DNA from: Paraspadella gotoi
Lineage: Eukaryota > Animalia > Chaetognatha
DNA: 64,000 nt
Direction of reading: 5' to 3'
Assembly: GCA_051294375.1 (NCBI GenBank)
Contig: CM119265.1
Coordinates: 4,648,421 to 4,712,420, forward strand
Positions 9,495 to 24,550 of this stretch are shown piece by piece (the stretch's first letter is position 1; each line of letters begins with the position of its first letter). Made by a program: the position numbers and the translations under genes. Under the pieces are notes generated by a model that saw nothing but the letters and a program-made list of their open reading frames with translations, ran no database searches and was not told the origin of the DNA.

Positions 9495-12176
9495 CTCTTC
9501 TCCTCTCTCGATCGAGAGACACGAATTTCATTGTTTAAGGAAACAGTTCGCTCCTATTTTTCCCATCAAAGCCGGGAAATATTCCCTACTTCCGCGCCAT
9601 AGAAGAGAACAAGCTTCTATTCTTTTTCACTATCGTGAAAAGCAGGCTAAATTCTTTTTGTCACCATCATGGAAAGCAAGCTTCATTCCCTTCTTCACTT
9701 CTTCATGGAAAACATGATTCACCTTTTTCATTGGAAAATCCTTTTTTTTTCATTTATGTACTATTATATTAAAACAGTCCTCGGGTTTCTTTCAGATAGA
9801 GTTCTGATTAATACTAACAAACCTGTGTCTTTACAAAAAACCATATTAATTATCTGATTGCAATTTTTTTTCCTATCCTATTTTTTCTCCATCATATTTT
9901 CAAATAATTCTTCCTCCTATTCTTCTCCAACATATTTTAACAAATTAATCCCATTTTTTTTCCTGGATATTTTTTTAAAATTTTCCCTTTTTTTATCATT
10001 TTTTAAAAAAAATTTCATCTTATCATGCTTCCCAATCGATTTTATTAAAGGATCCTCCTTTTCTCCATCGATTCTTAAAAATAAGAAAACTACTCCTTTC
10101 TCCCAGCTTTCTTCCTCCATCGCCGCCACGAAAAAAAAAAAAACTCCTTCCTTCCACGAAACTTGAATTATCAAAACCCTTGGAACCTTTCGGACCTCTG
10201 AGCTTCTTTCCACCGCGAGGAGCCCGCCGAAATCCTCTCGACCACTGGGCGGCGCTACCATTTCTTTCCGCCTCCCCTGCCCCCGGCCTCCCGGTCGACT
10301 AATGACGGAACATGTTCCGCCCCTCCCCCCGTCCTGGACGTACGCGCGGCACAGTTTGTACACGCGGAGTGTCGACGCACGTATAGTTTCTCCCTCCCAC
10401 GCCCTCCGGTCGAAACCGCGTCCATCCGTCTTTCTTATCGCCGGGATTTTTTTTCCCGGAGTCTTAGATCCGAATAACTTATTCTTTATCCATAACCGTT
10501 TATCTCCCTCTCTCGCTCTATCTCTCGATCTCTCGCGATCTCTCTCGATATCTCTCTTCTTAAATCTCTCTCTCGATATCTTTCTTTTCTCTTTTTCTCT
10601 CCCACACCAAGTTTTGATACAACATATTTTGGACGGAGAGTTTCTTTGTTCCCCTCTGCCTTCTATTTCGCTCGCCTCACGACATTATTTAGAGGCGAAT
10701 ATGTTTATAGATATCTCTCAGTGCCCGGCCCGACCTTCCATTTAACTCAACTCATCACTAAATGAGATTACAATCTCTCTCAATCGTATAAAGTATCCTA
10801 AGAATAATTATTATTATTATAGATTTAGCTGGCAAATAATAATCATTGCTTGAATTTTTTTTTTCGTTGCGCTTGAGATTAAATCAAGTTGTAAAACGTA
10901 TTAAAAAATAATTTTCATGTTCTAAACTCGAAATCATAAAGTTTGGCCTTTAATGTCGTTGGTTTGATTCAATAATTTAACGGCTTTTAAATGTGAAGTA
11001 TTCCTGTTAACTAAATCGACCAACTTTCGGTTTCAAATTTCTACAATCTTTCCCCTCAAACTCTTTCCGTTAGTCGCCTGTGTCCGTCGTCGCGGTTGTC
11101 GTCGTCATCGTCGTCGTCGTCTGTATAAAGATATTCGTTGCCCTTGAATCATAACTCTCCACCTCTTTGCTCGACATCCAATTCCTCTTCCTCTTCCTCC
11201 TCCCCCCCCTTTGCCCCTCTGTAGTCTCCTCCTCTTTAAATTCCGTATCAGAATCAAAAACTGAAAAAAATAACTGAAGCCGAAGAAGGAGGAAGAGGAG
11301 GAGGAGGCGAAGGGGAGGGTGTACCGAGATCAATGGAGGGTTGAATAGATGAGGGGCAGAGGAAGAGAGAGAAAGAGAAAGAGAGAGACCCTATGAGAAT
11401 GAGAATTGGCCGGCGTTCGTCCCGATAGAAGATAAAATAAAATAATAATGTAATAAAAACTGTGTAAAATTTAAAAAAAAAGAAAAAAAGATTCAATATA
11501 TAAAATATAAAAAAAATCCCGGAAAGAAGAATAAAAGGGTTATTTCCTCGTAAAAATCGGGGAGACGTCACACGCACGATTCGTCATCTTGTCAAATCGG
11601 GAAATCGTAAATTTAAAAAAGGATAAAAAAAAAAAAAAAAAAAAGGAGCGGAAAATTGTTCTCCAAAAGGCGAAGGGTCTCGTCCCCTTTTCTTTTCATT
11701 CTTCGCTCATTCCCCATTTCGAGCGCGTGAGTAGAAGCGAATCTTTATGCCGGCGATTCTTTATTGATTCTTGAATTTATATTATATAAAGATATTACTA
11801 TATTTTTCGACGGAAGTTGATGGTGATCCAAAATAAAATCAAATCTTGATTGAATAAGTCACGTTCAAATCGACTAGTCGATTTATAATTTGACAGAGGC
11901 TTTAAAATATAAATTAATAATTTTAAAAGTTAAAAGTCGAAGGTCAAAAGTTTAGAGTTGAATTTTCAATTGCAAAAAAAGATGGTCGCATATCTCGTCA
12001 AAGATTGCAGTTCAAAAGTGAAATCGAAACGAAGATGCCCTGTCACGTGACCAACGAACCTCGAACATATTGAGCCTCGAAGAACGAGAGCGAAGAAAAT
12101 CGTCAGACCGACGGAAAAACGAGTTTCTCGCCTCTCGGCCTCGATTCCGGATTCGAGATGCAATAATTCCGGGCGA

Positions 12177-13357
12177 ATGACCAATTTCCCAGCCCTCATG
12201 GCCCCTCAAAGGCTCCCTTGGCCTTCTTGCATCCCCTTTGCCCACTTTACCCTGCTTCCCCTGCCCCCCCCCGTCGGCAAGCCAGGCCTTTTTATTCGTC
12301 GGGAATATGCGTCCTTACTCTTGCTCTTTTCCGACTTCCCTCACTCTCCCGTCGCCTCTTCTAAACTCTTTAGCTCCTTTTTCAACATCCTTTACTAAAT
12401 CCTTAAAACATCTTCAAAAACCCTTCTAACTCACTATAAAAGCAGCCTCGAGAACATTTCTGCAACTCACTCCATTCCCTTCGCCCCACACACCTCTTCT
12501 TTATAACCTCCCTTACCGTTTCTAACCCTACCTACCCTCTGCCTCCCCCTTTAACGCTCGGACACCGAGACTTTGCTTCCGAATTGTCGTTGACGCCTTC
12601 GTCAAAACCTCGCCCTCAGGGGGAGAAAAGGGGGAGGAAAAAAAAAGAGAGAGAAGGAAGGAAGATGTGGGGAGAGGAAAGGACTGCGTCGGACCGGAAG
12701 GTCAGTTGTGGCAAGAGGTGATATTTGCGAGTTGATGGCACTCGATCCAATTTGTGAAGGAGGTCGCGAAAATGAATAAAAAAAATTTGGGTGCCGAGTT
12801 TAAATATGAAAATGAAAGATTGTATGGGTGATAGTGATATTGCAATTTTTGAAGGTATTGATGAAGATTATAATGATTGTGAAATGATATATTTTCCGTG
12901 TTTGTAGCAAGTGTGGAGGCCAAAGTAGCTACGAAGGTCAAGCCGTTCTCGGTTCTCGGTTCTCGGTTCTCCCCACCAATTTCAAAACAACGAGAAAATC
13001 CAATGGATACAATCGAGATGGACTATGACGACAACGACGACGACTACAACGACAAGGCGACGACAGCGACCGTCAACCGTGTCGTAATCTTCGGTTCCCC
13101 CCGCTCCCTTTCATTCCACGCACCATACTATTTTTTTTTCTCTCTGTTGGTCAAGACTCGAGAGAAAGTCCTAAATTGCGGAATTCTGCCATCCACATGC
13201 TCCGCCCCCCTTCCCTTCGACGACGACAAGAACCGAGACGACAGCGACGACGATAACGACGACAGCGACGACGATAACGACGACAGCGACCGAGACAGCG
13301 ACGACGACGACGAAACCGACGCCATTCCGGGCGTCTTGACAGGAAGCGATGGCGTCG

Positions 13358-13395
<38 letters not shown>

Positions 13396-13976
13396 AGAGG
13401 TCGCATGGAGGAAAAGGTTGGACCTAAAAAAAGAAACGGGGGGGGGGAAGTTTTTCAGATTCGATTCTAGGAGAGGTCGAGGGAATTTTGGGGTGAGGGC
13501 GGTGGGTGAGTGAGGGTGAGGAGAAGCTGAGCAAGAGTTTTCAGAATTGCAGGGTTGTGTGGGTGGGGAGACAGTGTTGTAGAGGACAGTGGGTAAATCG
13601 AAAAAAAAGTGAAGTAAATACGGTAGATAAGCTAAGATTCCAGGATCTGCCTGACGGTCAGGCGAATGGAAAAAAGGGATTAGCGCGAAAATGGTGAGAA
13701 AGAGGGGGAAAAGAATTTACTCGACATAAACGCCTGACGAAAGGAAAAGAAAAGCACGGAGAGGAGAAGGAGGAGGAAGAGGTGGAGAAGGAGGAAGAAG
13801 AAGAGGAGGAGCAAGAGGTGGAGGAGGAGGAAGAAGAAGAAGAGGAGTAAGATCATCGCGATGATAGAGAGGAAAGGATATTTTCTTCTCGTCTCGCTTC
13901 CTTCGTACCACAAACCTCAAGGTCACTCCCGGGTCGAGGACAGAGAAAGAGAGACATACACGGGCTCGGGAGAAGG

Positions 13977-14018
<42 letters not shown>

Positions 14019-16681
14019 GAAGACGAAGAGAGACTTATCCCTTCCATGTTGATAAAAAAAATAACTCTTCCTCGAATGATTGACGATCCAATTGTAATAA
14101 AAAAAAACAATAACTGTTTTCATGAGGATACATAAGGGGAAATGAAGGGCAGGAATAAGAAAAAAAAAACCCCAAGGGGTTGTCAGGAAAAAAAAAAACT
14201 CTTTCCTCTCAACCCCCAAAAAAATCGATGGTGGGAAAAAATGTAGGAAAAAAGCGGGAAAAAGTGAGAGGAAAGAAAATCTGTGGAGAATTGTTTCGAC
14301 GAGCTGAGGAAAAGGAGATAGTAGAGGAAAGGGAGATTGACTGGAGGAAAGGGAGGACGAGGTGGAGGAAAGAGAGAAGAGGAGGAGGAGGAGGAGGAGA
14401 AAGAGGGGAGTAAAGGGGGGAAGAGGGGAAGGAAAAGGATATTGAGAGGGGGAAAGAGAGACAGAAGGAAGAAGGAAGAAGGAAAAAGAAATGGGGAAAA
14501 TGAAAAAGAAAACAATTGTAAGAAAATGAAATTAAATTATTGGATGGCATCGGGAGAGATAGACAATAATTTAGATAGATTCAAACAATACATAAAGACG
14601 ATTAGTACAACACTAATAAAAAAAAGAAAAAGAGTATATCAAAATGAAAAGAAAAAGCGAGAAAATGAACGCAAAGGAATCGAGAAAGATCGCAAATGAG
14701 AGAGAATGGCAAAGAGAGGAGGCAACGGAGCGATAAGCTGTATCATTGCGACTTTGCGTGTTTACATCTTTAAGTCTTTCGTCTTAAGTTTTTTTTTCTT
14801 TCACTTTAATACGGTTATTTGTCTTTTTTTATATGTTTTTAAAGTCAGAAAAGAATTTTATTCATCATTTTTTGTTTGATTTATTATAGCACTGGCGTCG
14901 ATGTCACGGTCAAGGTACAACTGGCTCTCTTTTGGGTAAAGAAATAAGAACACGATTGAGCGTCAGTCCAACTGAAAATGAAATCAATCAATGAGCGACG
15001 TTCGTTTCGTTGTTTAGACAAATATCTTTGCGGACGAACGGCCAACGTTTACCTTCTGGCATTTTTGGATTTGCTCGATGCAAAAAAAATTATTATTTTT
15101 TTCCAGTTTGTAAAATGTAGATTTCTTAGAGATTCATTAATTCGTTAATTCGGTAATTTTTAATTAATTATCAATTCATTTCTTAATTGTTATTTTTTTA
15201 TTTAGACATTTTTTATAAAGTTTAACTTAACAAAACTCGTAAATTCAGTTGCGTCAAGGTGAGGTTGAGATGAGGGGGCAGGAGGAAGAGGAAGAGGAGG
15301 AGGAAATAGATAAGAATAAAAAGATCGGAGCGCGAAGCCGAAACCAGGGCAAAGGGTGAAGGACCCACGAGGGTTGAAAGACTCCAAAATCCCCCAAAAA
15401 TGTCGATGCTATTGGATTTGGAGGAAAGGCGAGGATATTCTCCGCCGACGAATTGGGTGTTAAGTGCTGCTTGTCTCTCTCTCTGCTGCTGCTCGTCGGT
15501 CTGCCTCTCGGTCGTCTCTCTCTCGCTCTCTCGTCTCTCTCGTTCTCTCTAGTCTCTGCGTCCTCTCGTCTCGCCTTTTATCTCGTCGTCTCTCGCGTCA
15601 ATTCAATATTTTTCTATAGGTCTTTTTTTCCTCTCCGCTCATCTTTCGCCGCTTCCTCTCTCTCGGCAAGTAGCGCAAGAGGATCATGCAAGTGGTTTTT
15701 TTGTATTTTGGTAGAGATATTGTTTGAAAATGAGGCCAAATGAGAGGTTTGCAAGAAGATGCCCTATTACAAAATTAATGAGGCTGCTGACGCAAAAATT
15801 CAGTTTCCGTCTCTCCTCTCATCTCTCTCTTCGTCTCTCATCTCATCGTCTCGTCTCTCAGGTTCCTCATCTCTGCGGTCTCTCTCTCTCTCTCTCTCTG
15901 CTCTCGTCTCCGGTCCTCGTTGCTCTTTGCTCTCATTCCCCTCAGCGGTTGAAATTACCCGTCAAGCAGCTTTTGTTCGAAACTATTTTTTTTCTCTCAT
16001 CTCTGCTGCTCCGCCGCAAGGGAGCGATTTTAAGTTTTGAGTTCTTTTTCTCGACGCCAAGGTTAGTCTTTTCTCGGGGAGTTCTTTGGATGAGCGCTAA
16101 TTCCTTCGACTCCAGATATTAATTAAAAAAAAAAAAAACTCTAGTTGATTTCAAAAAAGTATCATTGATTCTCGTTGACGTATCAGCTGACCGATTTTTT
16201 TTTATCACTGACATCTTAAGCTATACTTTTGATTTTGATACTTTTGATATTTATGATTCTAATGTTGATTTTATTTTTTTGCTTTGTATTTAGTTTTAGT
16301 TTTATTTATATTGTTTCCGGAGTTGAATACGGATACCGATTTGTGACAAATATTTTTGTCAGTCTTTAGTGTATATTTGCTCCGTTTTAGATTTCGATGG
16401 AAGCTTTTACATTACAATCTAAACAAAACTCAAGATTTATTTTAGGCACAAAACCCTAATTTCGCTTCGCCGACCAGAAAAAGCGCGGGAAAATCCACTT
16501 CACTTTTCACTTTTATTTTTCACACAGACGAAAAAAAAAGAAAAACCCTGACAAAATGGCGCGAAGCATAATTATCATTAATCACTCTCTCTTTCTCAAC
16601 TCATTTTCTCTTCCTTTTTTTTTCTTCCTCTCTTGTCTCGTCTTTTGTCTCCGAAAGGGATGCTCTCAACGAGTTTTTCCT
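12177..16681 (+). repeat. Copy 1 of a ~4.5-4.9 kb tandem direct duplication
   Basis: Begins ATGACCAATTTCCCAGCCCTCATGGCC and ends GGGATGCTCTCAACGAGTTTTTCC; colinear with 16690-21611. Confidence 0.93.
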
Positions 16682-16689
16682 TTTGCGAC

Positions 16690-17874
16690 ATGACCAATTC
16701 CCAGCCCTCATGGCCCTTCAAAGGACTCCCTTGGCCTTCTTGATCCCCTTTGCCACTTACCCTGCTCCCCGTGCCCCCCCCCCCGTCGCAAGCCGGCTTT
16801 TTATTCGGGATATGCGGTCCTTTACTCTTGGCTCTTCCGACTTCCCTCACTCCCCGTCGGCTCTTTACAACTCTTTAGCTCCCTTTCAACATCCTTCTAT
16901 AAAAACGATCCTTCTATAAACATCCTTCTATAAACATCCGTTCTATAAACATCCTTCCATTTCTCAATTCCTCCATTCCCTTCGCCCCACACCACACCTC
17001 TTCTTCTAACCTCCCCCTAACTTTCTAAACCCTACCCCCCTCTTCCTCCCCTTTAACCTCGGAACCAGATTTTGCTCGAATTGTCGTGACGGCCTTCGTC
17101 AAAACCTCGCCCTCAGCGGGAGAAAAGGGGGGAGGAAAAAAAGAGAGAGAAGGAAGGAAATGTGGGAGAGGAAAGGGACCGCGTCGGACCGGAGTCAGTT
17201 GTGGCAGTAGAGGTGATATTTGCGATTGATGGCACTCGATCCAATTTGTGAAGAGTCGCGAAAAATGAATTAAAAAAAATTTTGGTGCCGAGTTTAAATA
17301 TGAAAATGAAAGATTGTCTGTGATAGTGATATTGCAATTTGAAGGTATTGATTAAGATTATAATGATTGTGAAATGATTATATTCCGTGGTTTGTAGCAA
17401 GTGTGGAGGCCAAAAGTAGCTACGAAAGCTCAAGGCGTTCTCGGTTCTTCGGTTCATCTCGGTGTTCCCCCCTACCAAATTTCAAACACAACGAGAAACC
17501 AATGGGAATACAATCGAAGATGGACTATGGACGGACACGACGACGATACAACGACAAGGCGACCGACAGCGACCGTCAACCGTGTTCGTAATCTTCGGTT
17601 TCCCCCCGCTCCCTTTCATTCCCACGCACCATACTATTTTTTTTCTCTCTGTTGGTCAAGACTCGAGAGAAAGTTCCTAAATTGCGGAATTCTGCCATCC
17701 ACATGCTCCGCCCCCCTTCCCTTCGACGACGACAAGTGAACCGAAGACGACAGCGACGACGATCACGACGACGAGCGACGACGATAACGACGACAGCGAC
17801 CGAGACAGCGACGACGGACGACGAAACCGACGGCCATTCGCGGGCTCTTGGACAGGAAGCGATGGGTTCGCCTC

Positions 17875-17906
<32 letters not shown>

Positions 17907-17916
17907 GACGAGAGAG

Positions 17917-17947
<31 letters not shown>

Positions 17948-20459
17948 AGAACCTCGAGGTTGATCTTGCAACCATAAAGTCAGAAAGGCCCCAAATGGGA
18001 TCGGGGTGGGGAAAAGGGAAGAGGGTGGGTGGGGCTGGAGAAGAGACAGAGTGGGATGGAGGAGGGAGAAATAAGACGTTTGCTGGGAGAGAGAGAGAGA
18101 GAGATGAGAAGAGAGAGAGGGAGAGATGAGAGAGAAGAGATGAAGAGGAGAGAGAGAGAGAGCCAGAGGTCGCATGTGGAGGAAAAAAAGGTTGAGACCT
18201 AAAAAAAAGAAACTGGGGGGAAGTTTTTCAGATTCGATTCTAGGAGAGGTCGATGGGAATTTTGGGGTCGAGGGCGAGTGGGTGAGTGAGGGTAGAGGAG
18301 AAAGCTGAGCAAGAGTTTTCAGAATTTTTGCAGGGTTGTTGGGTGGGGAGGACAGTTTGATAGAGGACAGTGGGCTAAATCGAAAAAAAAAAGTGAAGTA
18401 AATACGGTAGATAAGCTAAGATTCCAGGGATCTGCCTTGACGGTCAGGCGAATGGAAAAAAGGGATTATCGCGAAAAATGGTGAGAAAGAGGGTAGGGAA
18501 AAAAATTACTCGGACATAAACGCCTGGACGAAAGGAAAAGTTAAAGCACGGAGAGGAAGAAGGAGGAAAGAGTGGAGAAGGAGGAAGAAGAAGAGGAGAG
18601 CAAGAGTGGAGGAGAGGAAGAAGAAGAAGAGGAAGTAAGATCATCGCGATGATAGAGAGGATGGATATTTCTTCCGTCTCGCTTCCTTCGTACCACAACC
18701 TCAAGGTCACTCCCGGGTCGAGGACAGAGAAAGAGAGAGACAATACACCGGGCTGCGAAGAAGGCAGAGAGAGGAGAGAGAGAGAGTCGAGAGAGAGAGA
18801 ACGAGGAGAGGAGACCGAGAGATTGGAGGGGCAGAGGCGCCGCGAGAGAGGTGCAGAGGAGCGGAGAAGGGAGAGCAGAGCGATGAGAGCACGAGAGAGA
18901 GAGAATGAAAGAGAGAAGAAGACGAAGAGAGACTTATCCCTTACCATGTTTGATAAAAAAAATAAACTCTTCTCGAATGATTGACGATCCCAATTGTAAT
19001 AAAAAAAAACAATAACTTTTTCATGAGGAGGGATCTTAAAAAACATAGGGAAATGCAAGGCACGGAATAAGAAAAAAAAAACCCAAGGGTTGTCAGGAAA
19101 AACAAAAAAAACTCTTTTCCTCTCAACCCCCAAAAACTCAGATGGTGGGAAAAAATGTAGGAAAAAAAGCGGGGCAAAAAGTGAGAGGGAAAGAAAATCT
19201 GTGGAGAATTGTTTCACGAGCTGAGGAAAAAAGGAGATAGTTAGAGAAAGGGAGATTGACGAGGAAAGGGAGGACGAGCGTGGAGGAAAGAGAGAAGAGG
19301 AGGAGGGAGGAGGAGGAGAAGAGGGAGTAAAGGGGGGAGAAGAGGGGAAGGAAAAGGATATTGAGATGGGGAAAGAGAGGGTACACACTAGTGGCAACAG
19401 CAGTGGCAAGAAGGAAAAGAAATGGGAAAAAGAAAAAGAAAACAATTGTAAGAAAATGAAATTAAATTATTGAGATTGCATCGGGAGAGATAGGAAACAA
19501 TAATTTGTAGATAGATTTCAAACAATACATAAAGACGATTTAGTACAACACTAAATAAAAAAAAGAAAAAGGAGTATATCAAAATGAAAAGCAAAAAGCG
19601 AGAAAATGAACGCAAAGGAATCGAGAAAGATCGCAAATGAGAGGATGGCAAAGAGAGGAGGCAACGGAAGCGAATTTAAGCTGTATCACTGCGACTTTGC
19701 GTGTTACATCTTTAAGTCTTTCGTCTTAAAGTTTTTTTTTCTTTTCCACTTTAATACGGTTATTTGTCTCTTTTTTATATGTTTTTTAAAGTCCAGAAAA
19801 GAATTTTATTCATCATTTTTGTTTGATTTATTATAGCACTAGGCGTCGATGTCACGGTCAAGGTACAACTGGCTCTTCTTTTGGGGTAAAGAAACAAATA
19901 AAGGGGAAAACACGATGGCGTCACAGTCCAACTGAAATTGAAAATCAATCAATGAGCGACGTTCGTTTCGTTGTTTAGACAAAATATTCTTTGCGCGGGC
20001 AACGAACGGCCCCAACGTTACCTTCTTGGGCATTTTTGGATTTTGCCTCGATGCAAAAAAAATTATTAATTTTTTTCCAGTTTGTAAAATGTGTAGATTT
20101 CTTAGAGATTCATTTAATCGTTAATTCGGTTAATTTTTTAATTAATTACAATTCATTTCTTAATTGTTATTTTATTTTAGACATTTTTTATAAAGTTTAA
20201 CTTAACAAAACTCGTAAATTTCAGTTGCGTCAAGGTGAGTTGAGGATGAGGGGCAGGAGGAAGAGGAAGAGCGGAGGCAGGAATTAGGATTAAGAATAAA
20301 AAGATCGGAGCCGCGAAGCGAAACCAGGGGCCAAAGGGTGAAGGACCCACGAGGGTTGAAAACTCCAAAATCCCCCAAAAATGTCCGATGCTATTGGATT
20401 TGGAAGCGAGGATATTCTTCCGCCGGACGAATTGGGGTTGAGCTTGTCTCTCTCTCCTC

Positions 20460-20519
<60 letters not shown>

Positions 20520-20675
20520 TAATTTTTCATATCTTTTTCTCCCCTCTCTTCGCTTCTCGCAATAGCCAGAGATCATGCAAGTGGTTTTTTATGTGATTTT
20601 TGAAAAGGCCAAAGAGAGGTTTTCAAAATTGACCTATTAAAATTATTGAGCCTCCTGACGCAAATCATGTTTTCC

Positions 20676-20736
<61 letters not shown>

Positions 20737-21611
20737 CTCTCTCCTTCTCTCGTCTCCTCTCTCTCTCTCTCGTCTGCTCTCGCTTTGCTCTTCTCAGTTC
20801 CCCCACTCAGGCGTGTGATGACATTAACCGCTCGAGATTCCTTGTTGTTCGAAGAACTATTTTATTATCTCCTCTCTCGCTCGTTCGCGCCAAGCGGAAC
20901 CGATTTTTTAAGTTTTGAATTTCTTTTTTCTCGACGCAAAGGTTAGTCTTGTTCTCGGGAGTTCTTTGTGGGATGAGCGACCTAATTCCTTCGACTCCAT
21001 ATATTACATTAAAAAAAAAAAAAACTCCTAGCTGATTTCAAAAAAAGTATCATTGATCACGTTTGACGTATCAGCTGATACCGATTTTTTTTTTATCACT
21101 GGACATCTTAAGCGTATACTTTTGATTTTGATACATTTTGATATTTAATGATTCTGAATGTTGCTTTTTAGTTTTTTTGCCTTTGTATTTTAGTTGTTGA
21201 GTTTCGTATTTATATTTGTTTCCGGAGTTTGAGATAACGGATACCATTTGTGACAAATATGGTTTGTCAGTCTTTAGTGTATATTTGCTACCGTTTTAGA
21301 TTTCGTATGGAAGTCTTTTACATACAATACTACAGAACTCAAGAACTTTGATTTTTTTAGGCACAAACAACCCTAATTTTCGCTTTCGCCGACGCAGAAA
21401 AAGGCCCAGGGAAATCCACTTCACTTTGCACTTTTATTTCTTCACACAGACGAAAAAAAAAAGAAAAACCCTGCCAAAATGTGCGCGAAGCATAATTATC
21501 ATTAATCACTTCTCTCTTGTCTCACTCCATTTGCGTCTTCCTTTTTTTTTCTTCCTGCTCTTGTACTCGTCTTTTGTCTCCGAAAAGGGATGCTCTCAAC
21601 GAGTTTTTCCT
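16690..21611 (+). repeat. Copy 2 of the tandem direct duplication
   Basis: Same start and end anchors. Differs by many 1-2 nt indels and has an extra ~200 bp between AG tracts (about 17950-18160). Confidence 0.93.
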
Positions 21612-21637
21612 GTCTTTTTTTTTTTTTTTATGTCCCT

Positions 21638-21686
<49 letters not shown>

Positions 21687-22055
21687 CTCTCTCCTCTCTC
21701 TCTCTCTCTCCTTCTCTCTCTCTTGCCTGTCCCCTAAAACTCCCCCCACAAATCCATGGGTGATTTACTTGTGCCCTTTTTTTAGGCGAAAAAGAGCAGG
21801 GAAGACCTAATTACTCCTGCTCTTCGATCCCCGCCTCCCCCACCTCCACTCCTCTTCCTTTTCTTTTCCTTTTCTATTTTCTTAAATTTTCCATCTTCTC
21901 TCTCCTATTTTTCTTATTTCTTCTCTTGACGAGATGATAACTCATTTTTGCTGGGCAGCGTCTGTAGCGAGAGCTTGTTTCGTCTGAAAGTAGCGGGACC
22001 TTACAATACATGGATGATATGCGTTTCTCTTGTTTACTTAGACGAGAGGGAGAGT

Positions 22056-22120
<65 letters not shown>

Positions 22121-22252
22121 GCAATTCTCTATACGATATCATGAAAGAAAAGAACAAAATGTGAGAAGGAAACAATTGAAGAATGAGGAACATCCCCGGT
22201 TGTTTTATTGTGCTCTATACGTTCTCCTCTCTCCCTCTCTCTCTCTCCTCTC

Positions 22253-22307
<55 letters not shown>

Positions 22308-22508
22308 CTCCTTTCTCCATTGTTCTTGTTCCTTTGCCCAATATTTGTTCCCATTTGTTTTTTTCTGCGTCCTTGAACGACTTTTTTCATGTTTGCTTTT
22401 TCTTAACCTTTCTCTCTCTCTATCTCTATCTCTCCTCTTTCTCTCTCTCTCCGTCTCTCTCTCTCGTCCTCTCTCTCTGCTCTCTCTCTTCTCTTCTCTC
22501 TCTCCCTT

Positions 22509-22555
<47 letters not shown>

Positions 22556-22735
22556 GTTCATTTTTATTTTCTTTCTCTTCAGCGAAGTTTTTTTTTGAAG
22601 AAATGCAAAATTGGTTGGCGAATCAAGGCTGGTGCCAGACCGGCCTTCGTCGGCGCGGCCGCGGGCGGCCGCATCGGCCGCACGGCGGGGCGGCGCCGTG
22701 AAGCGGGCAACGGCGGTGTCGGCCGATGCCTTTGA
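21611..22735 (+). repeat. Copy 1 of a ~1.15 kb direct duplication
   Basis: Colinear with 25631-26790 (shared anchors CAAATCCATGGGTGATTTACTTGTG, GACGAGATGATAACTCATTT, CAGCGAAGTTTTTTTTGAAGAAATGCAA). Confidence 0.9.
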
Positions 22736-23712
22736 AAGAATGTTTGGTCATTATCCCATAATGAGGTTTTGAGAAGGGACGAGGAAGGGCGGCCAAAAGA
22801 AAAATAAGTTAGATTTTAGTAACGAAAATACTTTCGTTTCTATTCATCAATGTCGTTTTCGTGATCAGCGGCGGGACGTCAGTTTTGAATTTTTAATTTA
22901 CAGTACGATTTTGAAATTTTGAAAAAGAGTTTCGACTTAAAAAAATGTTTTTAAGTCATCCGCCTTTTTCCATCGTGATTTCCTCTGGCATAATCAGAAG
23001 TTTAACAAAAAAATATTTCTCAATCCAATTGTGCTGACGACGTCCCATCGTCGGCATCTGCATCGGCATCTGCGTCGGCATCTGCGTTTGGCATCCGCAT
23101 CGCCTTTTCCGATGCGTAAAGCACTCAACAGATGTCGTTGACAACTTCATTCCCTTTTTTTTTTTTTTTTGCAAAATTGAAATCATTTTTTTTCCGCCGC
23201 CGCCACCGAGACGACGCCGGCGGTAGTAGTGAGGGGGCGTGGTGAGAAACGTCTCAACCATTTCCTCGTGAGTTCTTCGCTCCAACGAATTCCGTTTTTT
23301 TTTTTCGCAACGGAATGTGTACGTACTGTACGTTTAATATACATTGTTGATGAACCAGGAAAGCTCGTATCAAAATCAAAAATTCCTAAAAAACATATTT
23401 ATAAGGAAAAAATGGAAAAAAATAAACTAAAATCCCCCAAAATGAAACTTTTAAACATTGAAAATTTACAAAAAAAAAAAACAAACAAAAAAAAAACAAA
23501 AAAAAGAGGTAAAAACAAAAAACAAAGAAGAATGACAAAGTAAAAAAAGAGCAAAGATGGAAGAATATGCTTTTTTCGCGACGCACCTGAGCATCAGCGA
23601 CATCCGGGGTTTTCACGCGGGGAGAAAACCGAGAAGAAAATGAGTTACTCACTCTGTTTAGACCGCATGAAAAAATCTTTAATCATAACGAAACACGTAG
23701 TGAGCGAGAGAG

Positions 23713-23764
<52 letters not shown>

Positions 23765-24550
23765 GACGAGGAGAGAGAGAGAGAGACGAGGAGAAGAGAG
23801 AGAGAGAGAAGCGATTTCTCTCGCGGTCCGTCCTAGGTTCCGGCGTACAAACGTTGCATTTAGGGAAAAAACGACTCTTCCACTATAAGTTCATTGTTTA
23901 CTTACCAATTGTTGATTAACTTTTTACCACAACACAAATTTAGGCCGAACGAAGGATTGGTAAAAACATCTCCACCAATTTCTTAATGAAAAATAGTGAC
24001 CATTTTTGGCAATTAGCCAAAAAAAATTTATGGTCCATTTTTGGTTCCATTTTTACTTACGACTTCTGACTTGAGATGACAAGGAAAGTTGAGAAAAATT
24101 TTTACTTTGAAATCCGTTCTTTCTGTATCTTCTTTACCTCTGGGTAATTATTAGCTTAAATTCATTTTATAGTTTGCCACTACTAAATTAATTTTACATA
24201 AGGTTAACAAGTCAAAAAGTTGGAGTTTCAGTCTTTATCATAATTTGTTAACAAACAAATAAATCAAATTGGTTGAACATTAACAGAAAATGTAGCCCTA
24301 TTGAATTAAGCTTTTAACAACCTATAAAATTATCAAAAAACACTTTTACTTGGTTTAGCCACAAATAATTTTTTAAGATGTCTTTTAATTTGTGACTTTT
24401 TGTGACTTGCTTATTTTTGCATAAAGAGAATATTTTTCAACTCATTTATTAGTTTTTAAAAGATGAGGTACATACTGCCCTGATTAATCAAAAAAAACCG
24501 CATCCTTTTAATCCACTGGAAAGCATCAGGGACTTGTTTTTTCTCAAATC

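Noticed and set aside
16890-16957. Short repeat arrays (CATCCTTCTATAAA here; GGCATCTGCRTC near 23050; 12-mer near 46220) as CRISPR-like arrays
   Set aside because: They are head-to-tail tandem units without unique spacers, and there are no cas genes in this eukaryotic DNA.
12177-21611. Direct repeats as LTRs of a retrotransposon
   Set aside because: The copies abut with no internal gag/pol, and no TG...CA termini, PBS/PPT or target-site duplication are seen.
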